Shown: positions 1 to 10,275, counted from the whole stretch's first letter. The stretch: DNA of 53,992 nt, filler included, from Nitrospinota bacterium (GCA_030620925.1; 12 parts of 12 records of this genome joined end to end with filler, not necessarily neighbours in it), one strand, 5' to 3'. Numbers and translations are program-made. Notes: generated by a model not told the origin, from the sequence alone.

Positions 1-1528
1 CCATCTTGAAGGCGGCCTTGCCCACCGATTTCATGGTCTGGGAAGCGATGAAGAAGGGTATCATGCCTCCGATGAACAGGCCGATGACCACCCGGGATTT
101 GGTCAGGTCTATTGATTCGAGCCCCACGGCCTTGGTGTAGGCGGTGAAAAGCGCCAGGGCGGTGAGTGCCGCGGAGCCTATGGCGAATCCCTTTCCGATG
201 GCCGCGGTGGTGTTGCCCAGGGCATCGAGATCGTCGGTGATGCGCCTGGTATCCTCGCCCAGTCCCGCCATTTCCGAAATGCCGCCGGCGTTATCGGCTA
301 TGGGGCCGTAGGCGTCCACGGACATGGTGATGCCCACGGTGGCGAGCATGCCCACTGCGGAGAGACCAATGCCGTACAGCCCTCCCAGGGCGGCGGCGGC
401 AAAGGTGGCGGCCACGATGGCCAGGACGGGCAGGGCCGTGCTGCCCATGCCCTCGGCAAGGCCGGTAATGATGTTGGTAGCCGCTCCCGTCTGTGAAGCT
501 TCTGCTATTCTTCTTATGGGGGTGCCGGCGGTATAATATTCTGTCAACAGCCCTATGACGATACCTGCGATGCAGCCCGAGAAGAGGGCCCAGTAATAAC
601 CTGATGGAAGGCCGGTCCAGCTTATCAGAAAATAGGCTCCCACCAGCAGGATGGCGGCGGCGATGAAGGTGGAGTACCTGAGTGCTGAGGCGGGGCTCAG
701 CTTTTCCAGCGCTTTTATGGATGCTATGCCGATGAGCGAGGCCACCAGGCCCAGCATGACCACGAGTATGGGAAGGGCCATGTGGGTCATGATCATGGTC
801 CCCATGGTGGAGCCGATGGCTATGGTGGCGATGATGGAACCCACGTATGATTCGAAGATGTCCGCCCCCATACCCGCCGTATCGCCCACGCAGTCGCCCA
901 CGTTGTCGGCTATGACGCCCGGGTTTCGGGGGTCGTCTTCGGGTATGCCTGCTTCGACTTTGCCCACCAGGTCTGCCCCTACGTCTGCTGACTTGGTGTA
1001 TATTCCTCCGCCTACCCTGGCAAACAGGGCGATTGAGCTGGCCCCCATAGCGAAACCGTTTATGATGGAGGGGTCGTTGCGGGCGAAGAAGTAAAAGAAC
1101 AATCCTACACCCACCAGGCCCAGGCTTGCTACGGAAAGACCCATCACCGCCCCGCCGTTGAAAGCCATGGTCAGCGCTTTATCCTGGCCATGCTGGTTGG
1201 CGGCCTGGGTGGTGCGCACGTTGGCCCTGGTGGCTGCCTGTATCCCGAAGTAACCGGCCAGCATCGAACAACACGCTCCGGTGAGGAAAGCGACAGCCGT
1301 AAGAGGGTTGATGGCCAAGAAGAGAGCGATAAATACGGCCGCTATGAAGAAAGCCAGAATCAAATACTCTCTCTTCATGAAGACCATTGCTCCCTCGTGG
1401 ATCATTTCCGATATCTCTATCATCAGCTCGTTGCCTGCCGGCTGTCGCTTGATGTAGAGATAGAACATACCAGCTATGAATAGCCCTACCGCACCAAATA
1501 CCGGCGCCCAACCGACAAAGTTCTCCAT
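1..1528 (-). CDS. hppA: Membrane-bound ion-pumping pyrophosphatase, K+-dependent type (3' end outside the window)
   Basis: Not in the ORF track. Manual minus-strand translation from the ATG at 1528 gives [12 protein letters not shown]..., with [45 protein letters not shown] and [25 protein letters not shown] is the K+-dependent signature. Confidence 0.95.
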   Translation of the reverse strand, partial: MENFVGWAPVFGAVGLFIAGMFYLYIKRQPAGNELMIEISEMIHEGAMVFMKREYLILAFFIAAVFIALFLAINPLTAVAFLTGACCSMLAGYFGIQAATRANVRTTQAANQHGQDKALTMAFNGGAVMGLSVASLGLVGVGLFFYFFARNDPSIINGFAMGASSIALFARVGGGIYTKSADVGADLVGKVEAGIPEDDPRNPGVIADNVGDCVGDTAGMGADIFESYVGSIIATIAIGSTMGTMIMTHMALPILVVMLGLVASLIGIASIKALEKLSPASALRYSTFIAAAILLVGAYFLISWTGLPSGYYWALFSGCIAGIVIGLLTEYYTAGTPIRRIAEASQTGAATNIITGLAEGMGSTALPVLAIVAATFAAAALGGLYGIGLSAVGMLATVGITMSVDAYGPIADNAGGISEMAGLGEDTRRITDDLDALGNTTAAIGKGFAIGSAALTALALFTAYTKAVGLESIDLTKSRVVIGLFIGGMIPFFIASQTMKSVGKAAFKM

Positions 1529-1570
1529 CTTGGCTTCTCACTCCTCCATGTAGATGAGTTTTTTCTGGCG

Positions 1571-1596
1571 TAGCGGGTTCCGTCGGAATTCCGCTA
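1571..1596. terminator. Hairpin between pth and hppA, possible terminator
   Basis: TAGCGGGTTCCG-T-CGGAATTCCGCTA imperfect inverted repeat, with no strong U-tract. Confidence 0.35.
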
Positions 1597-1614
1597 TCCG
1601 TTATCTACGGTTTT

Positions 1615-2148
1615 TCAATCGGGGTTGGACAGGAGAGATTCAACGGCATCCAATGCCTCTGCGTAGGCGGATTCCATAAGAGAGAGCTCGTCCCGGCCAA
1701 ACCTTCCCAGGACGTAATCCACGACGTCCTCTCCAGGCGCCGGCCTCCCGACCCCTACCCTTATGCGTGCGAACTCCCCCGTGCCCATCTTTTCCATGAT
1801 GGACCTGATGCCTTTGTGCCCTGCATCTCCCCCGTTATGTTTTACCTTGATACCGCCCTGAGCTATATCTATGTCGTCGTGGATTACAATGATGTCTTCG
1901 GGTCTCGACCGGTATGCCCGCGCAAGGGCTTCCACGGCCAGCCCGCTGAGGTTCATGAACCGCTGAGGTTTGGCCAGCACCACGGGGGCATCGTTGATAG
2001 TCCCTTCACCGATCTTCGAGTGACGCCTATTCTTTTTGATCTTTATTCCGTGGCGCTTTGCCAGCCTGCTCACAACCGCGAACCCGGCGTTGTGCCGGGT
2101 ATTCCTGTAACGTATGCCCGGATTTCCCAGGCCGACAATTATCTTCAA
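1615..2148 (-). CDS. pth: Peptidyl-tRNA hydrolase
   Basis: IIVGLGNPG..Y..TRHNAGF, KPQRFMNLSG, HDDID, GHKGIRS; conserved position after rplY. Confidence 0.97.
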   Translation of the reverse strand: MKIIVGLGNPGIRYRNTRHNAGFAVVSRLAKRHGIKIKKNRRHSKIGEGTINDAPVVLAKPQRFMNLSGLAVEALARAYRSRPEDIIVIHDDIDIAQGGIKVKHNGGDAGHKGIRSIMEKMGTGEFARIRVGVGRPAPGEDVVDYVLGRFGRDELSLMESAYAEALDAVESLLSNPD

Positions 2149-2243
2149 GGTGATTCTACTCTATTAAATCGAGGCTTAAGCCCCGTCTTCGATGATCTAT
2201 CCGTCGGCATGAAACGGATTTGAAAACAGCAACAAAAGCTCTT

Positions 2244-2921
2244 CTATCCCTTCTCCTTCTCTTCGGCGGCTTCTGCTTCAGACTCTTCGGCGGCTTCTTC
2301 GGCGCCCTCTTCAAGTTCTTCCGCCTCTTCTTCCTCTTCTACTTCTTCTACTACCACCTTGACCGCGCCTACCGTAACCACCGGAGTATCCTCTTCCCGG
2401 CGCACCTCGACGCCTTCCGGAGGCGTCAGATCACCGACATGGCGCACCTCGTTCATACCCATGCCGCTTATATCCAGCACCAGTTCTTGCGGTATGTCGG
2501 AGGGGAGACAAAAGACTTCCACCGAGTCCAGAATCTGTTCGATGATCGCATCGCCGTCTTTAACCGGTTCCGGTTCTCCCTGCAGGGTGATGGGAACCTC
2601 TATGGTAATCGCCCTGTCCATGGCCACTTCGAGCAGGTCCACGTGGAGGATCTCATCGCTTACGGGGTCCGATTGCATTTCTTTAAGTATGACGTTCTTA
2701 TCCGCACCCTTTACCCCCTTTACGGAGAGAGGGATGATGGCATTCTCGCCCCCCAGTTCTTTGAGCAGGTTGTCCAACTCAACCGGGTCTATGGTCAGGC
2801 TCATATTGGTGTCACCACCGTAGACCACGGCGGGGATGAGCCCTTGCCTGCGCAGCTTGCGGGAAGAGCCCTTGCCCTTAGTTTCTCGTTTGACGGCTTT
2901 TAATGAGTTTTTGGCGTTCAT
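2244..2921 (-). CDS. rplY: 50S ribosomal protein L25/general stress protein Ctc
   Basis: GKGSSRKLRRQGLIPAVVYG, ILHVDL, acidic C-terminal tail; prs-rplY-pth synteny. Confidence 0.96.
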   Translation of the reverse strand: MNAKNSLKAVKRETKGKGSSRKLRRQGLIPAVVYGGDTNMSLTIDPVELDNLLKELGGENAIIPLSVKGVKGADKNVILKEMQSDPVSDEILHVDLLEVAMDRAITIEVPITLQGEPEPVKDGDAIIEQILDSVEVFCLPSDIPQELVLDISGMGMNEVRHVGDLTPPEGVEVRREEDTPVVTVGAVKVVVEEVEEEEEAEELEEGAEEAAEESEAEAAEEKEKG

Positions 2922-3070
2922 TTTCCTTTTCCGATAGAATGACGGGGCGTTATCCCCGGTCTTTGGTTTTAATCAACTCTGTGGCTTCGAATGAGCGCTC
3001 CTCAAAGTTTCACTATCATCCCCCTGTTTTTTAATTTTGAGTGCTGAAAGGGGAAGGGAAACGGGGAGGG

Positions 3071-4012
3071 TCAATCGAACAGGGAGCTCACAGATTCATC
3101 CTCGTGTATTCGGGTAATGGCTTCAGCGAAGAGTCGGGCGACTGAGAGCACCTTTATTTTGTCGCAGTTCTTGCCTTCGTCTCGAAGGGGGATGGTGTTG
3201 GTTATGACCAGCTCCGTGAGATCTGACTGATTGATCCTGTCTATGGCCGGCCCTGATAGAACGCCGTGGGTGCAGAATGCGTATACGCACCGGGCGCCTT
3301 TCTTCCAGAGCGCTCCCGCCGATTCGGTGAGGGTGCCGGCGGTATCCACCATATCGTCGATCATGACCACTTCCCTGCCTTCTACTTCTCCGATGATGTT
3401 CATGACCTCCGCCACGTTCTTCCCTTCCCTCCGTTTATCGATAATACCCAGGGAAGCCGACAGCCTTTTAGCGAAGGCCCGGGCCCTCTCCACCCCTCCC
3501 GCATCGGGGGACACCACTATAAGGTCGTTGAAATTTTTGCTCTTAATATAATCGATGAGCAGGGGGGAGGCGAAGAGATGGTCCACGGGAATGTTGAAGA
3601 AGCCCTGTATCTGCCCGGCATGGAGGTCTATGGTGAGGACTCTGTTCGCCCCGGCGGCGGTTATGAGGTCTGCTATGAGCTTTGCGGTTATGGGCACCCG
3701 GGGCTGGACTTTCCTGTCCTGCCGGGCGTAGCAGTAGTAGGGTATTACCGCGGTTATCCTTTCCGCCGAGGCCCGCTTGAGGGCATCTATTATTATGAGG
3801 AGCTCCATCAAGCCCTCGTTGGCCGGCGTGCAGAGGGACTGGATTACAAAAACATCCTGCCCCCTGATATTTTCGTTGATCTGTACGAATATCTCGCCGT
3901 CTGAAAAGTTGGAGACCTCGATATTCCCGATCGGGATTTTAAGATATTTGAGGACCTCATCGGCAAGAGGGATGTTAGCTCTTCCCGAGAATACCTTGAG
4001 GCAATTTCTCAT
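3071..4012 (-). CDS. prs: Ribose-phosphate pyrophosphokinase
   Basis: FSDGEI, YARQDRK, DLHAGQIQGFF, VSPDAGGVERAR, DDMVDTAGT. Confidence 0.98.
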   Translation of the reverse strand: MRNCLKVFSGRANIPLADEVLKYLKIPIGNIEVSNFSDGEIFVQINENIRGQDVFVIQSLCTPANEGLMELLIIIDALKRASAERITAVIPYYCYARQDRKVQPRVPITAKLIADLITAAGANRVLTIDLHAGQIQGFFNIPVDHLFASPLLIDYIKSKNFNDLIVVSPDAGGVERARAFAKRLSASLGIIDKRREGKNVAEVMNIIGEVEGREVVMIDDMVDTAGTLTESAGALWKKGARCVYAFCTHGVLSGPAIDRINQSDLTELVITNTIPLRDEGKNCDKIKVLSVARLFAEAITRIHEDESVSSLFD

Positions 4013-4134
4013 CTAAAGGCCCCCTTTAGATTATAAACGGTGCGATTCACCCCGCCTCTCCCCTAAGAAATTGATGAGTCAATGTAAGGATAAACTAAAC
4101 AGCGCGGCAAGTCATCAAAAAAAGAACTATCTTT

Positions 4135-4208
4135 TGGCTGGGGCGGGAGGATTCGAACCTCCGTCGCAGGAGCCAAAGTCCTGTGTCCTGCCACTAGACG
4201 ACGCCCCA
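4135..4208 (-). tRNA. tRNA-Gln (anticodon UUG)
   Basis: Reverse complement TGGGGCGTCGTCTAGTGGCAGGACACAGGACTTTGGCTCCTGCGACGGAGGTTCGAATCCTCCCGCCCCAGCCA folds as a cloverleaf with TTG anticodon, GTTCGAA T-loop and encoded CCA; usual position upstream of prs. Confidence 0.96.
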
Positions 4209-4213
4209 ACCCC

Positions 4214-4313
4214 NNNNNNNNNNNNNNNNNNNNNNNNNNNNNNNNNNNNNNNNNNNNTTAATTAATTAANNNNNNNNNNNNNNNNNNNNNNNNNNNNNNN
4301 NNNNNNNNNNNNN
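4214..4313. other. Artificial contig linker (N44-TTAATTAATTAA-N44). Identical linkers at 7194-7293, 12389-12488, 16656-16755, 20062-20161, 24235-24334, 27243-27342, 30798-30897, 40911-41010, 44327-44426 and 47204-47303
   Basis: Identical 100-nt spacer with stops in all six frames; genes are cut on both sides. Confidence 0.99.
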
Positions 4314-4661
4314 AGGGTGCAGGAGAAAGCCGCCCGCCTGGGGTTCGACTGGCCCGACCTGTCGCCGGTTGTCGAGAAGCTCCGGGAAGAGATAAACGAG
4401 TTCAACGATGCGCTCTCCGGCGGCGACGCGAAGGATGTGGAAGAGGAGCTGGGCGATTTGCTTTTCACCCTGGTGAACCTGTCCCGCTTCCTGAAGATCG
4501 GCGCTGAAGAGGCACTGCATCGTTCCACGGTAAGGTTTATAGGACGCTTCAGGTGGATTGAAAAAGAAGCCCGTTCCCGCGGGCTGCGCCTGAGCGAGAT
4601 GTCCCTGGAGGAGATGGACCGCCTCTGGGAAGAAGCCAAGGACGATATGGAAAACGCGTGA
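4314..4661 (+). CDS. mazG: Nucleoside triphosphate pyrophosphohydrolase MazG, C-terminal part (5' truncated)
   Basis: QEKAARLGFDW, KLREEINE, EEELGDLLFTLVN, SLEEMDRLWEEAK. Confidence 0.92.
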   Translation, partial: RVQEKAARLGFDWPDLSPVVEKLREEINEFNDALSGGDAKDVEEELGDLLFTLVNLSRFLKIGAEEALHRSTVRFIGRFRWIEKEARSRGLRLSEMSLEEMDRLWEEAKDDMENA

Positions 4662-4670
4662 TGCATCCGG

Positions 4671-5756
4671 TCAGGGCAGTGCCCGGCTGATCCAGCCGCC
4701 GCCCAGCACCGTATCGCCGCTGTAGAAAACGGCCGCCTGCCCCGGCGTGACCGCCCGCTGGGGCCGCTCAAACCTTACCTCGACCCGCCCTCCATCCAGC
4801 GGCCGAACCGACGCCTTCGCCCCGGTATGGCGGTAGCGGATTTTGACCTCCGCCCTCATCTCTTTTTCCGAAGGCTCTATTATCCAGTTGACGTTTTCAG
4901 CCTCCAGCCCGTCCTTCATCAGCTCGGAGTCTTCCCCCACAGTGACCGTATTGGTCTCAACGTCGATGGACGTCACGTAGAGCGGCTTTCCCACCGCTAT
5001 CCCCAGGCCGCGGCGCTGCCCGATGGTGTAGTGGGGCACACCCCGATGCTCGCCCAGCATCCGCCCCTCCCCATCCAGCAACGGGCCGGGGGCCAACTCC
5101 CTACCCCTGGACCGCTCTCTCAGGACGGTCCCGTAGTCCCCGTCGGGGACGAAGCATATCTCCTGGCTCTCGCTCTTATCGGCCACTTTCAGACCCCTCT
5201 CCCCGGCCATCCGTCTCACCTGCTCCTTGGTGTATTCACCCAGGGGGAACAGGGCGCGGCCAAGCTGTTCCTGGGTCAGGTTGAACAGGAAATAAGACTG
5301 GTCCTTGGTCCCGTCCACCCCCTTGATCAGGGCCAACCTCTCCCCGCTTCCGACCCGCCGCAGGCGGGCGTAGTGTCCGGTGGCCAGATAATCGGCCCCC
5401 AACTGGCGGGCCAGCCGCAGAAGATGGCTGAACTTCATCTCACTGTTGCAAAGGATGCAGGGGTTCGGGGTGCAGCCGGAGAAATACTGGTCCACGAAAT
5501 AGTCCACCACCTCTTCCTCGAACGGCTGCTGGTAGTTCACCGCGTAGAAAGGTATACCGATGGCGTCCGCCGCCCGTCTGGCGTCGGCTATATCGGCGGC
5601 GGCGCAGCAGGTCCTGGACGACTCATCCGAAGGCGGCGGTCCGTCCCACAGCTTCATGGAAACGCCCACCACGTCGCAGCCTCTCTCATGGAGTAGTGCC
5701 GCAGCGGTGGAGCTGTCCACCCCGCCGCTCATGGCCACCACTACTTTTTCCCGCAT
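4671..5756 (-). CDS. mnmA: tRNA 2-thiouridine(34) synthase
   Basis: AMSGGVDSS PP-loop, TPNPCILCN, ATGHY, KDQSYFL, ESQEICF, TIGQRRG, AVTPGQ. Confidence 0.97.
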   Translation of the reverse strand: MREKVVVAMSGGVDSSTAAALLHERGCDVVGVSMKLWDGPPPSDESSRTCCAAADIADARRAADAIGIPFYAVNYQQPFEEEVVDYFVDQYFSGCTPNPCILCNSEMKFSHLLRLARQLGADYLATGHYARLRRVGSGERLALIKGVDGTKDQSYFLFNLTQEQLGRALFPLGEYTKEQVRRMAGERGLKVADKSESQEICFVPDGDYGTVLRERSRGRELAPGPLLDGEGRMLGEHRGVPHYTIGQRRGLGIAVGKPLYVTSIDVETNTVTVGEDSELMKDGLEAENVNWIIEPSEKEMRAEVKIRYRHTGAKASVRPLDGGRVEVRFERPQRAVTPGQAAVFYSGDTVLGGGWISRALP

Positions 5757-5814
5757 AAAGGCATAACCCTCCCATGTCTTAGCCTGCGATTAATATATTG
5801 TAGGCATGCGTAAA

Positions 5815-6402
5815 TTACAACGTCTCAGGGGAAGGCTCCTTCCGGTTCTCAGAGCCGCAGCGGTAAAAGGAAAGTGCGGTGTCACCGAAGCGCCTGGTAT
5901 CGTCTAATACCAATCTTCCGTACTTTTCAGCCATAAGTTCCGTAGAGGAATGCTCGGCAACGGCCAGGCCGCCAGAGACCATGATGTCCGAGGCACCCAG
6001 CTTCTGCAAGGCTCTCTCCGCCAGGTCCGACCGGTAGGGGGGGTCCATAAAAACGATGTCGAAACTCTCACCCCGCCGCTCAGCCCCGCTTATGAACCTC
6101 AGGGCATCCGCCTTCAACACGCGATAGCCCGAGGTGAAGCCGCAGGCGGTGAGGTTATCCCTTATAGCTGCCGCAGCGGGAGGATGGTTCTCCACGAAGA
6201 CCGCCCTCTCAGCGCCCCGGCTCAACGCCTCGATGCCCACGCCTCCGGCCCCGGCGAAGAGGTCCAGAAACCGTGAGCCTGATACCGCCTCCCCGATAAT
6301 GTTAAACAGGGCCTCCCTGACGCGGTCCTGGGTGGGGCGCATGGCCCTCCCTTTGAGGGAGCGCAGTCTGCGGCCTTTGGCTGTCCCGGCGATTATTCTC
6401 AT
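5815..6402 (-). CDS. rsmD: 16S rRNA (guanine(966)-N2)-methyltransferase
   Basis: [38 protein letters not shown]. Confidence 0.95.
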   Translation of the reverse strand: MRIIAGTAKGRRLRSLKGRAMRPTQDRVREALFNIIGEAVSGSRFLDLFAGAGGVGIEALSRGAERAVFVENHPPAAAAIRDNLTACGFTSGYRVLKADALRFISGAERRGESFDIVFMDPPYRSDLAERALQKLGASDIMVSGGLAVAEHSSTELMAEKYGRLVLDDTRRFGDTALSFYRCGSENRKEPSPETL

Positions 6403-6913
6403 CGTATCCAAAAGTTTTCGGAGGGATTTTTAGACGCCTGGAGCGCGGGGTTTGCCCCAAAGACTGCTTCCGGCTCAGTTTCTGGAGCCGCCAGCCGCAC
6501 AGTATAGCCGCGCCCAGGGCGCCATTGAACTCGGCGTCGGGGCTCACGTTGAGGGTTACGCCCAGACGTTTCTCCAGGGCGTCGATCATGCCCGCGTTCA
6601 GGGCCACCCCGCCGGTGAAAGTTACCTCGTCTTCAATGCCCGCACGGCGCAGCAGGCCGATGCTGCGGACGGCGATGGAGCAGATGAAGGACTGGATGCG
6701 GGAATCCGCCTGGTCCATCTCGATGAGGTTTCCGGCCCCCATGACACCCAGGGGGAGCATCCCCCAGGCGTGGATGATCTCGGCCGGGGTATAGACGGGG
6801 AAACAGCCCACCACTTTTGCGCCCGGGTGTTCCTCCTTCCATCTGAGGGCCGCCTCGAAATCGGGGTCCCGGCAAATCCGTCTGCACTTATCGAATATGC
6901 TGTCCAGGGACAA
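6302..6913 (-). pseudogene. Chimeric ORF: benzoyl-CoA reductase subunit C (BcrC/BadD)-like N-terminus fused in frame to the C-terminus of a BcrA/D/HgdC-type activase
   Basis: Residues 1-80 (...[32 protein letters not shown]...QSFICSI) resemble BcrC. The next part ([26 protein letters not shown]...GALGAA) resembles the end of an ASKHA activase. The ORF runs about 100 nt into rsmD. Confidence 0.75.
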
Positions 6914-7014
6914 CGTTTACCCCTTCCTATACGTTTCCCATACGTTCAGCCGAAGGCACTAGTTAGCATATTGTGTGAGGGCAAGGCAAGGCAAAAACCC
7001 TGGCGAAAGCCCGA

Positions 7015-7193
7015 TTACGGTTGGCGGTTCGAGACGCGTATCTGCTGGACGATGCGACCGGCGTCGGGGAGGGTGTATGCGCCTTCGGGGCACATCTCGT
7101 AGCAGCACCAGCAGGCGATGCACTTGTCGTAGTCTATGCACGGGTAATCCTGCATTTCCAGCGCCTCTGCGAAGCAGACCTCCACGCACCGTC
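7015..7193 (-). CDS. C-terminal 2x[4Fe-4S] ferredoxin domain of a larger protein (DUF362-like), 5' truncated
   Basis: Manual translation RCVEVCFAEALEMQDYPCIDYDKCIACWCCYEMCPEGA...; CxxCxCCxExCP is typical of DUF362 C-termini. Confidence 0.7.
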
Positions 7194-7309
7194 NNNNNNN
7201 NNNNNNNNNNNNNNNNNNNNNNNNNNNNNNNNNNNNNTTAATTAATTAANNNNNNNNNNNNNNNNNNNNNNNNNNNNNNNNNNNNNNNNNNNNGATAGTC
7301 TTCTGATGG

Positions 7310-7347
7310 GAGGTCAGGGCCGTTTCACACGCAAACGGCCCGGCCTC
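7310..7347. terminator. GC-rich hairpin at the contig start
   Basis: GGGCCGTTT-CACACGC-AAACGGCCC, with extended flanking pairing. Confidence 0.45.
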
Positions 7348-7487
7348 TCTTAACTTATCATAAGCAGGGGTGGCGGGTGTTTAGATTACATCAACTCCTG
7401 ATCAAACTGCCTTGAATGTCATAACCGTCTGGTGTAAAATTGGCTCTCACATCCATCATTTCGCAAGCCTCAAAAGGAGAGACGATC

Positions 7488-8048
7488 ATGGCTGCATTGG
7501 ATCTGGATAGATACCTTAAAACCGAGAAGCAGAAGGCTTTTGAATACGACTTCTGCAAGGACGCCGAGAGTTATGAGGTCTGGGAAGAGATAGTCATCGG
7601 CGAGGAATACGAATCGGCGCAGACTTTCGAGATCAAAAAAGAGGACATGCTTTCATATGCCGAGGGGGTGCTGGACCCAAACCCCCTCTTCAACGACGAA
7701 GCGCTCGCCGGAAAATCGGCCTTCGGCCACCTCGTTCCCCATCCCCTCTTCTGCGTGCTCATCGCTTTCTGGTGCATAGAGAAGGGTCGTGGCTCCTGGA
7801 TTCGCAGCCTGGGTGCCATGAACCCGGGACAGCGTATAGCGCTCTACGAGCCTTTCGAAGTGGGAGAGGTCATCAGCGTAAAACAGAAATCATACGATAA
7901 ATGGATAAAGCGCAATAAACATTACGTCACCTACCAGCTCGATTACTACAACCAGAAGGGCGCACGTAAAGCCACCTGGTGGCTGACGCTCATTATACCC
8001 CGCACCAGGAAAGAACTGCTCGAATACGCCGCCATGGGGCGTTCTTAA
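7488..8048 (+). CDS. MaoC/hot-dog fold dehydratase-like protein, probably the non-catalytic partner
   Basis: YAEGVLDPNPLFNDE, GHLVPHP, EPFEVGE; RBS AAGGAG before the ATG at 7488; lacks the hydratase His. Confidence 0.75.
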   Translation: MAALDLDRYLKTEKQKAFEYDFCKDAESYEVWEEIVIGEEYESAQTFEIKKEDMLSYAEGVLDPNPLFNDEALAGKSAFGHLVPHPLFCVLIAFWCIEKGRGSWIRSLGAMNPGQRIALYEPFEVGEVISVKQKSYDKWIKRNKHYVTYQLDYYNQKGARKATWWLTLIIPRTRKELLEYAAMGRS

Positions 8049-8062
8049 TAGGAGAGAACAAA

Positions 8063-8500
8063 GTGACGGAGAAACTGACTTTCGACAGCGTCTATCTGGG
8101 ATACGAACTGCCCGAGGTGGTGCGTACCGTGGACCAGGAGAGCTTCAACATCAACGCCGCCGCTTCCCTGGACTACAACCCCGTGCACGTCAATCCCGAA
8201 TGGTGCCGGCGCTCAGGGGTCTTCGGCACCGGTGCCACGGTGGCCCACGGCATGATGACCATGTCCTTCATGGCCACCATGCTGTCCGACTGGGTTTACG
8301 CCGCTGGAGGCTGGATCGACGACATGGACACCAAGTTCGTGAAGCCGGTGATAGCGGGGAGCACGGTTACCTGCAGCGGAGTAGTCGTAGAGCTGCACCC
8401 CATCGGGAAGGGCAAAAACTTCGTGGTGGTGGACATGAATGCGGTGAACCAGGAAGGCGCCACCCTGGCAGTGGGCAAAGCCAGGGTAACCCTTCCCTGA
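8063..8500 (+). CDS. MaoC family (R)-specific enoyl-CoA hydratase/dehydratase
   Basis: Hydratase-2 motif SLDYNPVH, VAHGM, FVKPV; GTG start with GGAGAG RBS. Confidence 0.88.
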   Translation: MTEKLTFDSVYLGYELPEVVRTVDQESFNINAAASLDYNPVHVNPEWCRRSGVFGTGATVAHGMMTMSFMATMLSDWVYAAGGWIDDMDTKFVKPVIAGSTVTCSGVVVELHPIGKGKNFVVVDMNAVNQEGATLAVGKARVTLP

Positions 8501-8529
8501 TGCGCCGCCCTTTTCCTGGGACATGAGAA

Positions 8530-9375
8530 ATGCCGAATATACTGCTCATCAAGGAGATTGTAAAGAAAGCCCTGGAGGAAGACCTGGCCGGTGGGGACGT
8601 AACTACCGAGGCGATGATACCGCCCGACCTTGGCGGCCAGGGCGTTATTAAAGCCAGGGAGGAGCTGTTCCTGGCGGGCCTGGAGGTGGCCCGAGAGGTT
8701 TTCGCCGCGCTGGACCCGGACATCTCTTTCCGGCCGGAGCACGAAGACGGGGACGAATTAAAGGAAGGTGAGGTGGTTGCCACCCTTTCGGGCCGGGCAC
8801 GGACCCTGCTGACAGGGGAGCGGGTGGCTCTCAATTTCGTGCAGCGTCTCTCCGGAGTGGCCACGCTCACCAGGCGATTCGTGAACCTTGTCCAGGGCAC
8901 CAAAGCGACAATCGTGGACACCCGCAAGACCACCCCCGGTCTGCGGGCACTGGAAAAGTATGCAGTGCGCGTGGGGGGCGGGCAAAATCACAGGCACGGC
9001 CTATACGATATGTATCTCATAAAAGACAATCACATCGCCACGGTGGGGAGCATCAAGGAAGCCGTGGGAAGGGCGCGGCGGGCGGCCTCGCTGGCGGCCA
9101 AGATAGAGGTGGAGACGAAAACTCTACAGGAGGTGAAAGAAGCCCTGGAGGCTGAAGCGGACGTTATCATGCTGGACAACATGTCCCTCCAGGAGATGGA
9201 AGAGGCGGTGGCTGTCGTTAAAGGCTGGGCGCTGGTGGAGGCTTCCGGTGGAATCAACCTGGAAAACGTCCGCTCCATCGCCGAAACGGGTGTAGACTTT
9301 ATCTCCGTGGGAGGCCTGACTCACTCGGCAAGGGCCGTGGATTTGAGTATGGATATCACTCCCGTCGAAGATTGA
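8530..9375 (+). CDS. nadC: Nicotinate-nucleotide diphosphorylase (carboxylating)
   Basis: ALEEDL..GDVTT, GERVALN, DTRKTTPG, IKDNH, IMLDNM, EASGGI, LTHSA. Confidence 0.97.
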   Translation: MPNILLIKEIVKKALEEDLAGGDVTTEAMIPPDLGGQGVIKAREELFLAGLEVAREVFAALDPDISFRPEHEDGDELKEGEVVATLSGRARTLLTGERVALNFVQRLSGVATLTRRFVNLVQGTKATIVDTRKTTPGLRALEKYAVRVGGGQNHRHGLYDMYLIKDNHIATVGSIKEAVGRARRAASLAAKIEVETKTLQEVKEALEAEADVIMLDNMSLQEMEEAVAVVKGWALVEASGGINLENVRSIAETGVDFISVGGLTHSARAVDLSMDITPVED

Positions 9376-9448
9376 AACAGAGCTTCTACCCTGACCGTGT
9401 ATAACTGACTGCGACCACTGGTGGCGTTGACCATAAAGGAAATAAAGT

Positions 9449-10246
9449 ATGGCTGGTTCGGATTGGGACGAAAAAAAGATCAAGGAGGGCCTGAACACTG
9501 AAGTGGTGGGAACCAGGTTCGAGATTTTTCAGGAAATAGACTCCACCAATCATCATGCTATGGAGCTGGCTTCCGGCGGCGTTGAAGAGGGTACCGTCGT
9601 CCTGGCGGAATGGCAGACAGAGGGCCGCGGCCGTCTGGGCAGGGAGTGGGTTTCCCCGTCCGGGGTGGGCATCTATGTCACCGTTATCCTTCACCCCGAA
9701 GGCGGCATCGCTCAACTGCCCAAATATACGCTGCTGGCGGGAGTCGCCGTAGCGGAAGCAGTGAGGGAAGTGGCCGGTCTTCCTGCGGAGATAAAGTGGC
9801 CCAACGATGTGTTGATCGACGGTAAAAAGTTTTGCGGCATCCTGGAGGAATCTTTCGTCTCGGGGAGCAAGATCAAATACGTGATCATCGGCATAGGGAT
9901 TAACGTTAACACCGATCCCGCCGATCTGCCCGTCACACCGAGGGGCGCCCCCACCTCGCTCAAGGCCGAAAAGGGGGAGCACGTAGACCGTGTGGAGCTG
10001 CTCCGGTCGGTGCTGCAGAAGCTGGACACGGGTTACACGGAGATACGGACAGGCAATGGGGAAAACATCATACATAAATGGCGGGGGCTCTCGGCCACGC
10101 TGGGGCATAAGGTACGGGTGGAGCTATCAGGCGGCACGCTGGAGGGCCAGGCTGTTGACATCGACGATGACGGGGGCCTCCTCATTTCCGCAGAAGGCGG
10201 GATGCAAAAGGTGACGGCGGGTGATATAATCATTGTGAACAGTTAA
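9449..10246 (+). CDS. birA: Biotin-[acetyl-CoA-carboxylase] ligase, without N-terminal HTH
   Basis: IDSTN, QTEGRGRLGREW, KWPND, KFCGILEE, GIGIN. Confidence 0.95.
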   Translation: MAGSDWDEKKIKEGLNTEVVGTRFEIFQEIDSTNHHAMELASGGVEEGTVVLAEWQTEGRGRLGREWVSPSGVGIYVTVILHPEGGIAQLPKYTLLAGVAVAEAVREVAGLPAEIKWPNDVLIDGKKFCGILEESFVSGSKIKYVIIGIGINVNTDPADLPVTPRGAPTSLKAEKGEHVDRVELLRSVLQKLDTGYTEIRTGNGENIIHKWRGLSATLGHKVRVELSGGTLEGQAVDIDDDGGLLISAEGGMQKVTAGDIIIVNS

Positions 10247-10275
10247 GCGAGGAGAAGGTGAACGGAGGGGACCGA

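Noticed and set aside
324..1541. Small ORFs listed in the track within 1-1541
   Set aside because: All overlap hppA, which the ORF track missed because it runs off the window edge.
2244..2360. Low-complexity (CTT)n-like tracts here and at 41357-41395
   Set aside because: They encode the acidic tails of RplY and PAC2 and are not independent repeats or CRISPR.
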